Positions 25,353 to 32,693 of a stretch of DNA of 39,958 nucleotides are shown here, in pieces (within the stretch, counting starts at the first letter, position 1; every line of letters begins with the position of its first letter). A program made the translations under genes and the position numbers. The notes under the pieces were generated by a model, which saw only the letters and a list, made by a program, of their open reading frames with translations, was not told the DNA's origin and searched no databases. The stretch comes from a virus, in the IMG/VR virus record IMGVR_UViG_3300037882_005016, positions 1-39,958 of that record; one strand, written 5' to 3'.

Positions 25353-26594
25353 TTAATTTTGTTTAACTGTTTCAAGGGCATCGATAAGTCCCGCGCCTTG
25401 TTTGTCTTTTGATAATTTTAAATCAATTGTTTTAATAGTTTTATTGTTTTTTTTATGAATCAGAGCGAAAAGTCCGGTTACATGAGGGGCCGCCATCGAT
25501 GTGCCGTCAAGTTTTTCATATCCTCCACCCGATTTAAGAGAGAGAACACCTTCACCTGGAGCAGTAAAGTCAACTGTTTCTCCACTATTTGAGAAATATG
25601 CAAGATTATTTTTCTCATCTATTGCTGAAACTGTGTAAACATTTTTATAGTTAAAAGCGCCAGGCCAGCCTACTTTTCCTGATTCATTTCCTGCGGCGAT
25701 AACAACGATAATATTTTTATCGGCTGCTTTTTTAACAGCATCGGTTATTAGTTTATCCTCTCCGCCTTCAAACGGTGATCCTAGAGATAGATTTATTACA
25801 TCTGCTTTCTGTTTAATACATTCAAAAATTCCCTCAGCAATCCAGTCTCCCCATCCAACGCCTTCTTTATCAAGAACTTTAGATGCGAATATCTTTGCTT
25901 GCGAAACGCCGACAACTCCGCGTCCATTTTTTATTGCAGAGATAGTCCCCGCCACGTGTGTCCCGTGACCATTGTCGTCCTGAAAATCAGAGTTATTTTC
26001 AACAAAGCTTTTTCCACCAATGATTTTATCTTTAATATCCTCGTGATTTTTATCTATCCCAGTATCAACGACACACACGACGGCGTCTTTTCCATTATAG
26101 ATTTTCTGTGCCTCTAGAGCTTTTACTTTTTCTATTCCCCAAGGAATTACTTCTTTAGATCCTGTTTCTTCATCTTTAGGTGTATCAACTATTGGTGAAA
26201 TAAAATCATCTTTACATTCTAGTTTCGGATCATTTTCTTCACAATAGATACAGTTTTCAATTCCCTCACAAGGATTATCAAAAATATTATCATCTGGACT
26301 TTCAACTTCTTTTTTTTCACATCCAGAAAGAAAACCAACTTTAAATTTCTTTGGCTTATATAAAGTCATGCCATTAATAGTTGAGCCCTCTTTTAATTCT
26401 TTATTTGATTCAAAAGAATAGCCATCAATATTTTCTAATTTTTTAATCTTCTCGCCAGGTATTTGAGAGATGGAAATTATTGATTTATTATTTTCATTTT
26501 TTAAGAGAACGTATCTTTCATTTTCTTTTTTATTATTTAAAAAACTTAATAAAGAAAACAAGGCTATTGGTATTGCTATTAATTTTAGATTCAT
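25353..26594 (-). CDS. Secreted subtilisin-like serine protease (peptidase S8)
   Basis: Catalytic triad blocks are VCVVDTGID, HGTHVAGTI and GTSMAAPHVTG, plus oxyanion AAGNES. It has an N-terminal signal/anchor and a roughly 140-aa pro-region. Confidence 0.93.
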   Translation of the reverse strand: MNLKLIAIPIALFSLLSFLNNKKENERYVLLKNENNKSIISISQIPGEKIKKLENIDGYSFESNKELKEGSTINGMTLYKPKKFKVGFLSGCEKKEVESPDDNIFDNPCEGIENCIYCEENDPKLECKDDFISPIVDTPKDEETGSKEVIPWGIEKVKALEAQKIYNGKDAVVCVVDTGIDKNHEDIKDKIIGGKSFVENNSDFQDDNGHGTHVAGTISAIKNGRGVVGVSQAKIFASKVLDKEGVGWGDWIAEGIFECIKQKADVINLSLGSPFEGGEDKLITDAVKKAADKNIIVVIAAGNESGKVGWPGAFNYKNVYTVSAIDEKNNLAYFSNSGETVDFTAPGEGVLSLKSGGGYEKLDGTSMAAPHVTGLFALIHKKNNKTIKTIDLKLSKDKQGAGLIDALETVKQN

Positions 26595-26597
26595 TTC

Positions 26598-26981
26598 TTA
26601 TTCCTTTGTCATTTTATCAATTTTCTCAATCGTCCGGTCCCAAGAGTGAACATATTCTGAACATTTTTTAGTATCTTTACAAATATTTATTATAAATTTT
26701 TTTATTTCTGCCCATGATTCTGCTGGCAAATGAAGCATTGTTGGTCTTAATTCCCACCATGTTTTAGATTTTGATCCATTAAAAGAGTGTTTATGAGTCT
26801 CATTAATTTTAAACTCTCTATCTGATAGAGTATAGATACAATAGCCCTCATCGAGTGATAACTCTACACAGATTGGCTCATCGGGCACCGTGTGTTGACA
26901 GCTAAGATTTAAGCTTAACAAGGTTGCGAAAAGAATCAATAAGTAGATCTTTTGATTTTTGAATTTCTTCTGTATTTCCAT
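26598..26981 (-). CDS. Small exported Cys-rich protein
   Basis: Signal peptide KIYLLILFATLLSLNLSC and 7 Cys. It lies directly upstream of the protease (3-nt gap). Confidence 0.55.
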   Translation of the reverse strand: MEIQKKFKNQKIYLLILFATLLSLNLSCQHTVPDEPICVELSLDEGYCIYTLSDREFKINETHKHSFNGSKSKTWWELRPTMLHLPAESWAEIKKFIINICKDTKKCSEYVHSWDRTIEKIDKMTKE

Positions 26982-27255
26982 TTTTCCCTACTTCAATATT
27001 TTTAATTATAGCATCATTAAATTCTTTTGCTTGCTTATCTGTTCTCGTATCAATGTAATAAAAAAATAATTGAGTCTCTGTTTCTTTAATAAGAAACTTT
27101 AAGATCATAAAAACAAAAAACATGATTATGCTTATTATAGGGCTTTTTAAAAAACCAAGAAAATATAGAGCGGAAGATAAATAATTTCTAATTGAACCCA
27201 TTCCAAGGTCAATAAAGATTTCTTTTAATGAATCAACGTACTGATCCCTAGTCAT
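26902..27255 (-). CDS. Membrane protein, first gene of the exported-protein cassette
   Basis: 117 aa with two hydrophobic segments. GGTGG lies 10 nt upstream. It overlaps the next ORF by 80 nt. Confidence 0.45.
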   Translation of the reverse strand: MTRDQYVDSLKEIFIDLGMGSIRNYLSSALYFLGFLKSPIISIIMFFVFMILKFLIKETETQLFFYYIDTRTDKQAKEFNDAIIKNIEVGKNGNTEEIQKSKDLLIDSFRNLVKLKS

Positions 27256-27395
27256 GATTAATTAGCCACCAAAAATAGTAAATAAAAAAACTAAAATTTA
27301 AGGCGCAAAATAAATGAAATAAAATGTTATAGGCATCCATGCTCGTATAAAAGGATAAGTATTTTTTTATATTCTCGTCAAGGGAGATAAAAATA

Positions 27396-27423
27396 TCAGG
27401 ACCTAATTTTAACTAGGCCCTGA
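27396..27423. promoter_or_regulatory. 28-bp imperfect palindrome in the divergent control region (operator or hairpin)
   Basis: TCAGG-A-CCTA attttaac TAGG-C-CCTGA. This gives 9 paired positions with one mismatch, and on the minus strand it is followed by TATTTTTAT. Confidence 0.4.
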
Positions 27424-27683
27424 CAAGCAAACAAGTAACTAGGAGTATATGTTAAACAATAATAAAGATTTAAAAATTCTTAAATTGCGGCAACAATATT
27501 AAAGAAATTCTAGTCTTTTTTTATCGAGAGAATATACAGCTTTTAATTTATAAAATATGACTTAATAAGTAAATACTATAAAGTGGTGTAATTAGTATAA
27601 TAACGCTTCGCTCTATTTGTTTATTTTATATGCACTCTGATATATAAATTTAATAGCAACAAATAAACTGAGGAGATTTTTTT

Positions 27684-27941
27684 ATGCATCCAGATCTTAA
27701 GTCGGATATCCTTTTAATTTTATCAAAATGTGAGAGTCTTTTATTGAACGCTATCAATGAAATGCACTCTGAATTATCGGCTGAAAATAAAGAAGAGTTT
27801 AAAAACATGATTAAGGGTTTTGTTAAAATCAATAATAATTACTTTAGAGAGCAGCTTGATATCTATGACAACGATCTTATAGAAAAAATGTCAGCATCTT
27901 TTGAGAAGTCTCTAGATAAAAAGACGATTATTCAACTCTAA
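27684..27941 (+). CDS. Hypothetical early protein
   Basis: 85-aa ORF with a GAGGAG RBS 8 nt upstream. It is the first gene of the plus-strand block. Confidence 0.6.
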   Translation: MHPDLKSDILLILSKCESLLLNAINEMHSELSAENKEEFKNMIKGFVKINNNYFREQLDIYDNDLIEKMSASFEKSLDKKTIIQL

Positions 27942-27946
27942 TTAAT

Positions 27947-28123
27947 ATGAGTTTAAATAATAATGACAGGGTTTATCTTAACTCAAAATATTTAATTGAG
28001 TTTCGTTCTCTTTTTTATAGTCGTTTAAAGAAAATTTCTTATTCTAGTCATGGTGAGGAGCGGGAATATTTAAAAGAATACCCGAAATTCTCAGGAGTAT
28101 TCATCTCTGTTTTACAGAAATAA
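27947..28123 (+). CDS. Hypothetical small protein (58 aa), below the track cutoff
   Basis: Hand translation: MSLNNNDRVYLNSKYLIEFRSLFYSRLKKISYSSHGEEREYLKEYPKFSGVFISVLQK*. It fills the gap between flanking genes. Confidence 0.35.
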   Translation: MSLNNNDRVYLNSKYLIEFRSLFYSRLKKISYSSHGEEREYLKEYPKFSGVFISVLQK

Positions 28124-28174
28124 TAAATAAAATGAACGAAGAAGCTAATCGTTTAGAAAAAGGATACAAAAAAA

Positions 28175-29032
28175 ATGAATAATATTTTTGACCCGCTTGA
28201 GGATCAAGCAGACCTTGCAATACAGATGATCTATCCGGCGTTAAGAGTTTTAGCAAGGGATAAGTCAACGAGTGGCCTAGAGTCTATTTTAAGGGCCTCA
28301 TCTTCTGGGAAATGCTCTCGAGCTCTATGGTACAAAAAAAATAACTATGAAGAAGAGACTATAAATCCTAGAGCTATAATTAATTTTGCTCTCGGTGATT
28401 TAACAGAGCATCTTTATAAAAACCTTGTCCGCGAAAACATGGTTGGCCCTTTAAAATTATATAAAGAATTAGTTCTAGGAAAAGAGACCGGTGAATTTTA
28501 CTCTCAAGGCAGAATGTTTAAGGCCTATGAACAGGAAACTTGGTCCTTTGATCTAGACTATCTTGGCGAAACACAGAAAGTTACGGCTCATGCTGATGGT
28601 TATGGCTTAAGAAATGATGGCGTTTGGGAATTATTTGATTTTAAATCATCGTCAAATTTCGGATTTATGTCCTTTTTAAAAGACGGTCCAGTTGATTATC
28701 TACCTCAAGCGCATACGCTGATGATGACAAACGAGGCTCGAGAGTTAAATATAAAAGAGTTTCGTTTTTATTATTTAAAAAAAGATACTGGGCACATAGC
28801 GAGTAGGCTTATAAAATATGATAAAGAAATAGAGAAGAAAGTAATTAATAATTTTAAAGAAGCTATAGGAATAAATCGCCCCAAGATTCCTTACTCGCCG
28901 TTAATTGATAAGAAATTAGGCAAAGTTCTACCCTGGCAGTGCTCTTACTGTGGATTTAAAGATCATTGTTTTAAATATAAAACCGAGATTGTTTCTGGTA
29001 GACAAAAAAACGTGGTTAGCTCTCTTCTTTAA
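28175..29032 (+). CDS. PD-(D/E)XK nuclease, Cas4/RecB-like with a 4-Cys cluster
   Basis: N-terminal SSSGKCSRALWY, the core HADGYGL...VWELFDFKSSS (D...E-x-K), QAHTLMM, and C-terminal CSYCGFKDHC. Confidence 0.7.
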   Translation: MNNIFDPLEDQADLAIQMIYPALRVLARDKSTSGLESILRASSSGKCSRALWYKKNNYEEETINPRAIINFALGDLTEHLYKNLVRENMVGPLKLYKELVLGKETGEFYSQGRMFKAYEQETWSFDLDYLGETQKVTAHADGYGLRNDGVWELFDFKSSSNFGFMSFLKDGPVDYLPQAHTLMMTNEARELNIKEFRFYYLKKDTGHIASRLIKYDKEIEKKVINNFKEAIGINRPKIPYSPLIDKKLGKVLPWQCSYCGFKDHCFKYKTEIVSGRQKNVVSSLL

Positions 29033-29225
29033 GAAGGATGATTTCCCAAGTTTTTGATTTAATATCATTCACAGTAAATAGACCAGGCTTAAGTTCATAG
29101 TTCCCTGATTTTAATATAAAAACATATCTATGAATTTCTTTTAAATCTGTTCTATAAATTCCAACAACTTTCATTAAATTTATTGGGTAATCTTCACTTT
29201 TTTTTATCGCTGATTCTAGATCCAT
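29016..29225 (-). CDS. Questionable ORF (69 aa)
   Basis: Open frame only, with no SD. It overlaps the nuclease 3' end by 17 nt. Confidence 0.25.
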   Translation of the reverse strand: MDLESAIKKSEDYPINLMKVVGIYRTDLKEIHRYVFILKSGNYELKPGLFTVNDIKSKTWEIILLKEES

Positions 29226-29304
29226 TTTATAATTATATTCTTTTTTTTTATTTTAATAAATAGACGGAGTTCGAGCTTTTTAAAAAGATCTGCTTAATTA
29301 AAAA

Positions 29305-29665
29305 CAAGGCGTCGCTCAAGGGGGCGTTAGAGCCCCAACGCTCCTTTAAAAAAATCTTATAAATAAGCACCGTTTTAGGCGCAGGAGTGCTAAATACGTA
29401 GTCAGCTTTCTTGTTTTATTCAAGCTCCAGCTAAACTACAACTCGTGGTCCTCGTGAGTGTATGCTCTTCCAAAGGCATCATTTATAGCCTTCCTTAAGG
29501 GACCAGTCCTAGATGGATAGTGATTCGGTTTTATTCGAGGATTACTCCCTCACCGCCTCAGGGCTATCGTCTACTTGAGATTCGTCTATAAACCGTGCTT
29601 ACTGCCAATGATTGATTTATAGATGGGCACTCAAGAACCCCTAGGCAGTTACCTTAAGGAAGTAA
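29305..29665. ncRNA. Candidate structured RNA (or structured DNA element such as an origin); strand and family unknown
   Basis: No ORF of 60 aa or more in any frame across 29226-29816. The core is locally GC-enriched. Nested inverted repeats: 29490-29500/29652-29662 (11 bp), 29508-29512/29641-29645, 29516-29520/29564-29568, 29574-29579/29630-29635, 29585-29592/29616-29623, plus a GC hairpin at 29321-29336. Confidence 0.45.
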
Positions 29666-29816
29666 TTAGTACAGATTTTAAACGAATGTAAATCATTAAA
29701 AATTGACGACTAGTTTAATTCTATAACGCAGCGAGAAATATATTTACTTTAGACCGCTTATATAGAATAAATCTTTTAAGCAAAACAAGGGTATTAAAAT
29801 AGGGGTTAAAAAAACG

Positions 29817-29918
29817 ATGATTGAAAATGATTTTATATTCATCTCTCAAGACGTGATGTTTTATATTTTTATAATCATTGCATTAATAATCTTTATTTTA
29901 AGTTTACTTGATAATTAA
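29817..29918 (+). CDS. Possible 33-aa hydrophobic peptide
   Basis: Hand translation: MIENDFIFISQDVMFYIFIIIALIIFILSLLDN*. AGGGG lies 11 nt upstream, just before the next gene. Confidence 0.3.
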   Translation: MIENDFIFISQDVMFYIFIIIALIIFILSLLDN

Positions 29919-29936
29919 TAAAAAGGAGTATTAAAA

Positions 29937-30278
29937 ATGATTAAACTTGCAGGTCTTTACTTAAAGAAAAAAGAAAATGGTGAACCCTATTTTACAGGAT
30001 CACCGTCTAAAGATTCTGGTCATAATTATTTAATCTTTAAGAATACTAAAAAAACTTCGGACCAGGCCCCCGATTATATTTTATTGATCGCTGAAAAGAA
30101 TCAGCAAAAACCACAGAATCAACAAAATAAAAATAATAACTATCAAACGAATCAGAAAAGAAATAACTATTCTAATAATAAAAATAATAATAACTTTTCA
30201 TCTGACGACTCCTGGCCTGAGCAAGAAGTTGCCCCATCAACAGAGTTTGATAAAAGTAACGACGATCTTCCTTTTTAA
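29937..30278 (+). CDS. Protein with SSB-type C-terminal tip (DDLPF), a Q/N-rich linker and a small non-OB N-domain (DUF736-like)
   Basis: The AAGGAG RBS is strong. The N-domain is MIKLAGLYLKKKENGEPYFTG...APDYILLIAEK. The linker is QQKPQNQQNKNNNYQTNQKRNNYSNNKNNNN. The C-terminus ...SNDDLPF resembles the bacterial SSB DDDIPF tip. Confidence 0.6.
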   Translation: MIKLAGLYLKKKENGEPYFTGSPSKDSGHNYLIFKNTKKTSDQAPDYILLIAEKNQQKPQNQQNKNNNYQTNQKRNNYSNNKNNNNFSSDDSWPEQEVAPSTEFDKSNDDLPF

Positions 30279-30289
30279 GGAAGCATATT

Positions 30290-30541
30290 ATGACAGATGA
30301 TAAATTCGATGAACTAATAACTAAAATTGGTCGCTCTAATATTAGACCGCTAATCGATGATTCCTGCTCAATTTATTTATCTCTAATAAAAGATAGATAC
30401 AAAATTGAAAAGACAGAGCTTAAAAAGTTAGCAGAGCTGTATTTCTTAATTTCTTTAATTCCTTTCACGATCGATGAGGATTTCTTTTCTCTAGTTGAAG
30501 AAGAGAAATATAAATATTTCATTGATCAAGGGATAATTTAA
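30290..30541 (+). CDS. Hypothetical early protein
   Basis: 83-aa ORF, tightly packed in the plus-strand operon. Confidence 0.5.
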   Translation: MTDDKFDELITKIGRSNIRPLIDDSCSIYLSLIKDRYKIEKTELKKLAELYFLISLIPFTIDEDFFSLVEEEKYKYFIDQGII

Positions 30542-30556
30542 TATGAACGAGGAAAA

Positions 30557-30742
30557 ATGTCTGAACCAAGTATAAACATACAAGCATGGATATGTCCTTT
30601 TTGTATAGACGATCACTCGTCAGGTCGTGATTGCAAGCAAGAGGATTTGAAAAAGAGGATAATAAAACTTTTGATTTCAAAAATATCAGGAGTTACTGAA
30701 AGAGAAGTTGAGAATTTTAACATGATGATTGAGATGTTATGA
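30557..30742 (+). CDS. Hypothetical small protein with a CPFC...C motif
   Basis: 61-aa ORF with GAGGAAAA upstream. Confidence 0.45.
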   Translation: MSEPSINIQAWICPFCIDDHSSGRDCKQEDLKKRIIKLLISKISGVTEREVENFNMMIEML

Positions 30743-30770
30743 TTTATAAAGAAGAAAAGAGATAATAAAA

Positions 30771-31022
30771 ATGATGCTAGAATATAAACTTTTAATAGAC
30801 TCAGAAATAAACATTATTAATTTAATGAATTTATGGAAGAAAAACAGGTCTTTACACATTGAAGAAGGGAGAGACTATAATGAGTATTCTAACCTCGTAA
30901 TAGAAACAATAAGACCAAGCGATACGAAATGTGATAAGGATTATGACGACACGATCAGGAATAAAGAAGAAGTAATTGGATTATCCATAAAGCTAGATAG
31001 ACCATTTAAAATTTACACTTAA
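30771..31022 (+). CDS. Hypothetical early protein
   Basis: 83-aa ORF in the plus-strand operon. Confidence 0.45.
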   Translation: MMLEYKLLIDSEINIINLMNLWKKNRSLHIEEGRDYNEYSNLVIETIRPSDTKCDKDYDDTIRNKEEVIGLSIKLDRPFKIYT

Positions 31023-31104
31023 AAAATAACATGAAAAAAAATATTCTTGTAATTTACAATACGCATACGACGCCCTAATAGCCGAGGCAGAGAAGTTGGC
31101 TGAT

Positions 31105-31263
31105 ATGCTAAATCTAACTTTAAACTATTTACATTTCAGATCCGACGATTTAGTTGGGGATGATTGCATTGGCGATGGAAAATTGACGGCTACTTTAAAC
31201 AATAGAATTGGTGAAATTATAAAAGCCCTAGATTCATGGGCCAAGTTTAAGGAGAGAATCTGA
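31105..31263 (+). CDS. Possible small protein (52 aa), below the track cutoff
   Basis: Hand translation: MLNLTLNYLHFRSDDLVGDDCIGDGKLTATLNNRIGEIIKALDSWAKFKERI*. Its TGA overlaps the next ATG (TGATG). Confidence 0.35.
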   Translation: MLNLTLNYLHFRSDDLVGDDCIGDGKLTATLNNRIGEIIKALDSWAKFKERI

Positions 31264-31583
31264 TGGTAATTAAATATGACGATTGGATTAAAAAAGCCAA
31301 AGATCTGTACGGTGAAAACTCGGATAATTGGGAGTTTGTTTGTCCAGTGTGTAAGATAAAAACAAAAGCAAAAGAATGGCGAGAGGCTAAGCAAGAGGGC
31401 ATGCTTGCTTTTTCTTGCATAGGGAGAGCGGTGGGTGCAAAAATAAATGCTTTTGAAGAGGGAAAAGGACCTTGCAATTATGCTGGTGGTGGCTTATTTG
31501 CGCTCAACCCGATTAAGATCGTAAAAGACGATGGTAGTAGTATGAATGTTTTTGATTTTTCAATTGAACAAATAACCTCCTAG
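31263..31583 (+). CDS. VVA0879-like small Cys-containing protein (unknown function)
   Basis: The WEFVCPVC...SCIGR...GPCNYAGGGLF pattern matches my recollection of the VVA0879 family. AAGGAGAG is upstream. Confidence 0.5.
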   Translation: MVIKYDDWIKKAKDLYGENSDNWEFVCPVCKIKTKAKEWREAKQEGMLAFSCIGRAVGAKINAFEEGKGPCNYAGGGLFALNPIKIVKDDGSSMNVFDFSIEQITS

Positions 31584-31591
31584 GAGAACAA

Positions 31592-31894
31592 ATGAACACA
31601 CATGAATTAAAAATATGGCCAGTGCATTTTAAAAACGTAATGAGCGGAACTAAAACATTTGAGATAAGAAAAAACGATAGAGCCTTTCAAAAGGGGGACG
31701 CGGTAGTTTTAAAAGAATATAGGCCAGACACAAAAGACGAATACATTCACGGTGATGATTTTATTGATTCAGCAATCGTAAAAAAAGTGATTGGGTTTAC
31801 TGGAAATACTGTAACTTTTAAAATTGGTGACGTTTATCCCATAGATGCTGAAAGAGTTGTGTTTAGCTTGTTAAGAATAACCGCAGAGGAGTGA
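31592..31894 (+). CDS. DUF3850 / ASCH-like (PUA-fold) protein
   Basis: HELKIWPVHFKNVMSGTKTFEIRKNDRAFQKGDAVVLKEY...TGNTVTFKIGDVY matches the DUF3850 pattern. The RBS is AGGAGAA. Confidence 0.7.
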   Translation: MNTHELKIWPVHFKNVMSGTKTFEIRKNDRAFQKGDAVVLKEYRPDTKDEYIHGDDFIDSAIVKKVIGFTGNTVTFKIGDVYPIDAERVVFSLLRITAEE

Positions 31895-32118
31895 TTATGG
31901 AAAAAGAATATTATAATTTTAGAGATCATGGCTTTGAGACTGAAGAAACAATAGTTAAATTTAAAGAATTTTATTTTTGTAAAAGTGAAGGCAGATACAT
32001 TGAGTGTGTAGGCGACAGTTATTACATTATAAATCTTAATCGATTGAAAAAAATATTAGTTATAGACAATGAGGACATAGTCTTAATTGATGGTCTGTGG
32101 GGAAAGTTTTTCAAATGA
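31891..32118 (+). CDS. Hypothetical early protein
   Basis: 75-aa ORF overlapping the upstream stop by 4 nt. Confidence 0.5.
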   Translation: MIMEKEYYNFRDHGFETEETIVKFKEFYFCKSEGRYIECVGDSYYIINLNRLKKILVIDNEDIVLIDGLWGKFFK

Positions 32119-32387
32119 CCAACTTTAAATCCAAGATAGAGAATGCGATTGAAAAAGCTGCTGAAGAACACGCAACGGGTGTATATGACAAGTTCGCGGG
32201 ATCTCATATAAGCTATTGTTGGAAAGAAATGAAAGACACCTACATTAGCGGTGCTAATTTTCTGCTGCCTGTTTTGTTGAAGGCTATTGAGCAGAGAAAT
32301 TGGGCATTAAACAATGCTGATGTAGTTCCAGCTAAAAACAAAGATACAGATATTATCAGCGCAAACAAATATCTGCTAAGTTTTTAG
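32115..32387 (+). CDS. Hypothetical early protein
   Basis: I prefer the ATG at 32115, which forms an ATGA overlap with the upstream stop. The track uses a GTG at 32097. Confidence 0.5.
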   Translation: MTNFKSKIENAIEKAAEEHATGVYDKFAGSHISYCWKEMKDTYISGANFLLPVLLKAIEQRNWALNNADVVPAKNKDTDIISANKYLLSF

Positions 32388-32402
32388 AGAAGTGGAAATA
32401 GA

Positions 32403-32693
32403 ATGAAATATATAAGATTAAAAGATTCTAAAAATAAAGATGCTATAGTTACAAAAAGAAAATCATCAATACCTTGCCATGTGATACATGATCCAATATC
32501 TAAAATCACTAAGTTGGGATATCTAGTTGAAGTCATGGGAATGGATTTTGATCCTAATATTATTGATAAACCACACAATCCTTTTAAACCTAGACATATC
32601 TTTAATCTTGTAGTTATGGATTCATATATTGAATATGAAGAGGCTATGTTAGATGATCAAAATAATTTAGATAACGAAGAGGTAAAAAAATGA
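32403..32693 (+). CDS. Hypothetical early protein
   Basis: 96-aa ORF. Its stop overlaps the next start. Confidence 0.5.
   Translation: MKYIRLKDSKNKDAIVTKRKSSIPCHVIHDPISKITKLGYLVEVMGMDFDPNIIDKPHNPFKPRHIFNLVVMDSYIEYEEAMLDDQNNLDNEEVKK

Noticed and set aside
24914-26671. ORFs 24914..25111 (-), 25899..26117 (+) and 26480..26671 (+)
   Set aside because: They are nested in, or antisense to, the GH114-like and S8 protease genes, whose frames are confirmed by catalytic motifs.
29260-29700. tmRNA or tRNA-like gene in the ORF-free region
   Set aside because: I checked both strands. GGAGTTCGAGC at about 29265 has no complementary T-stem arms, and there is no acceptor/CCA-type end. A possible tag-like frame on the minus strand (...SLAGA*) is not preceded by a tmRNA-like 5' domain.
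29701-29725. TTGACG ... TATAAC promoter-like pair upstream of the SSB-tail gene
   Set aside because: The spacer is only 13 nt, which is incompatible with a sigma70-type promoter.
29226-29816. Hammerhead ribozyme, retron msr/msd, or diversity-generating retroelement template
   Set aside because: No CTGATGA core occurs on either strand. No reverse transcriptase gene is present anywhere in the closed genome. I noticed no second copy of the sequence (VR/TR pair).
31125-31477. Minus-strand ORFs 31125..31394 and 31247..31477
   Set aside because: They lie antisense to the VVA0879-like gene and to the small upstream ORF in a plus-strand operon. Their translations are hydrophobic and low-complexity, and they lack an RBS.
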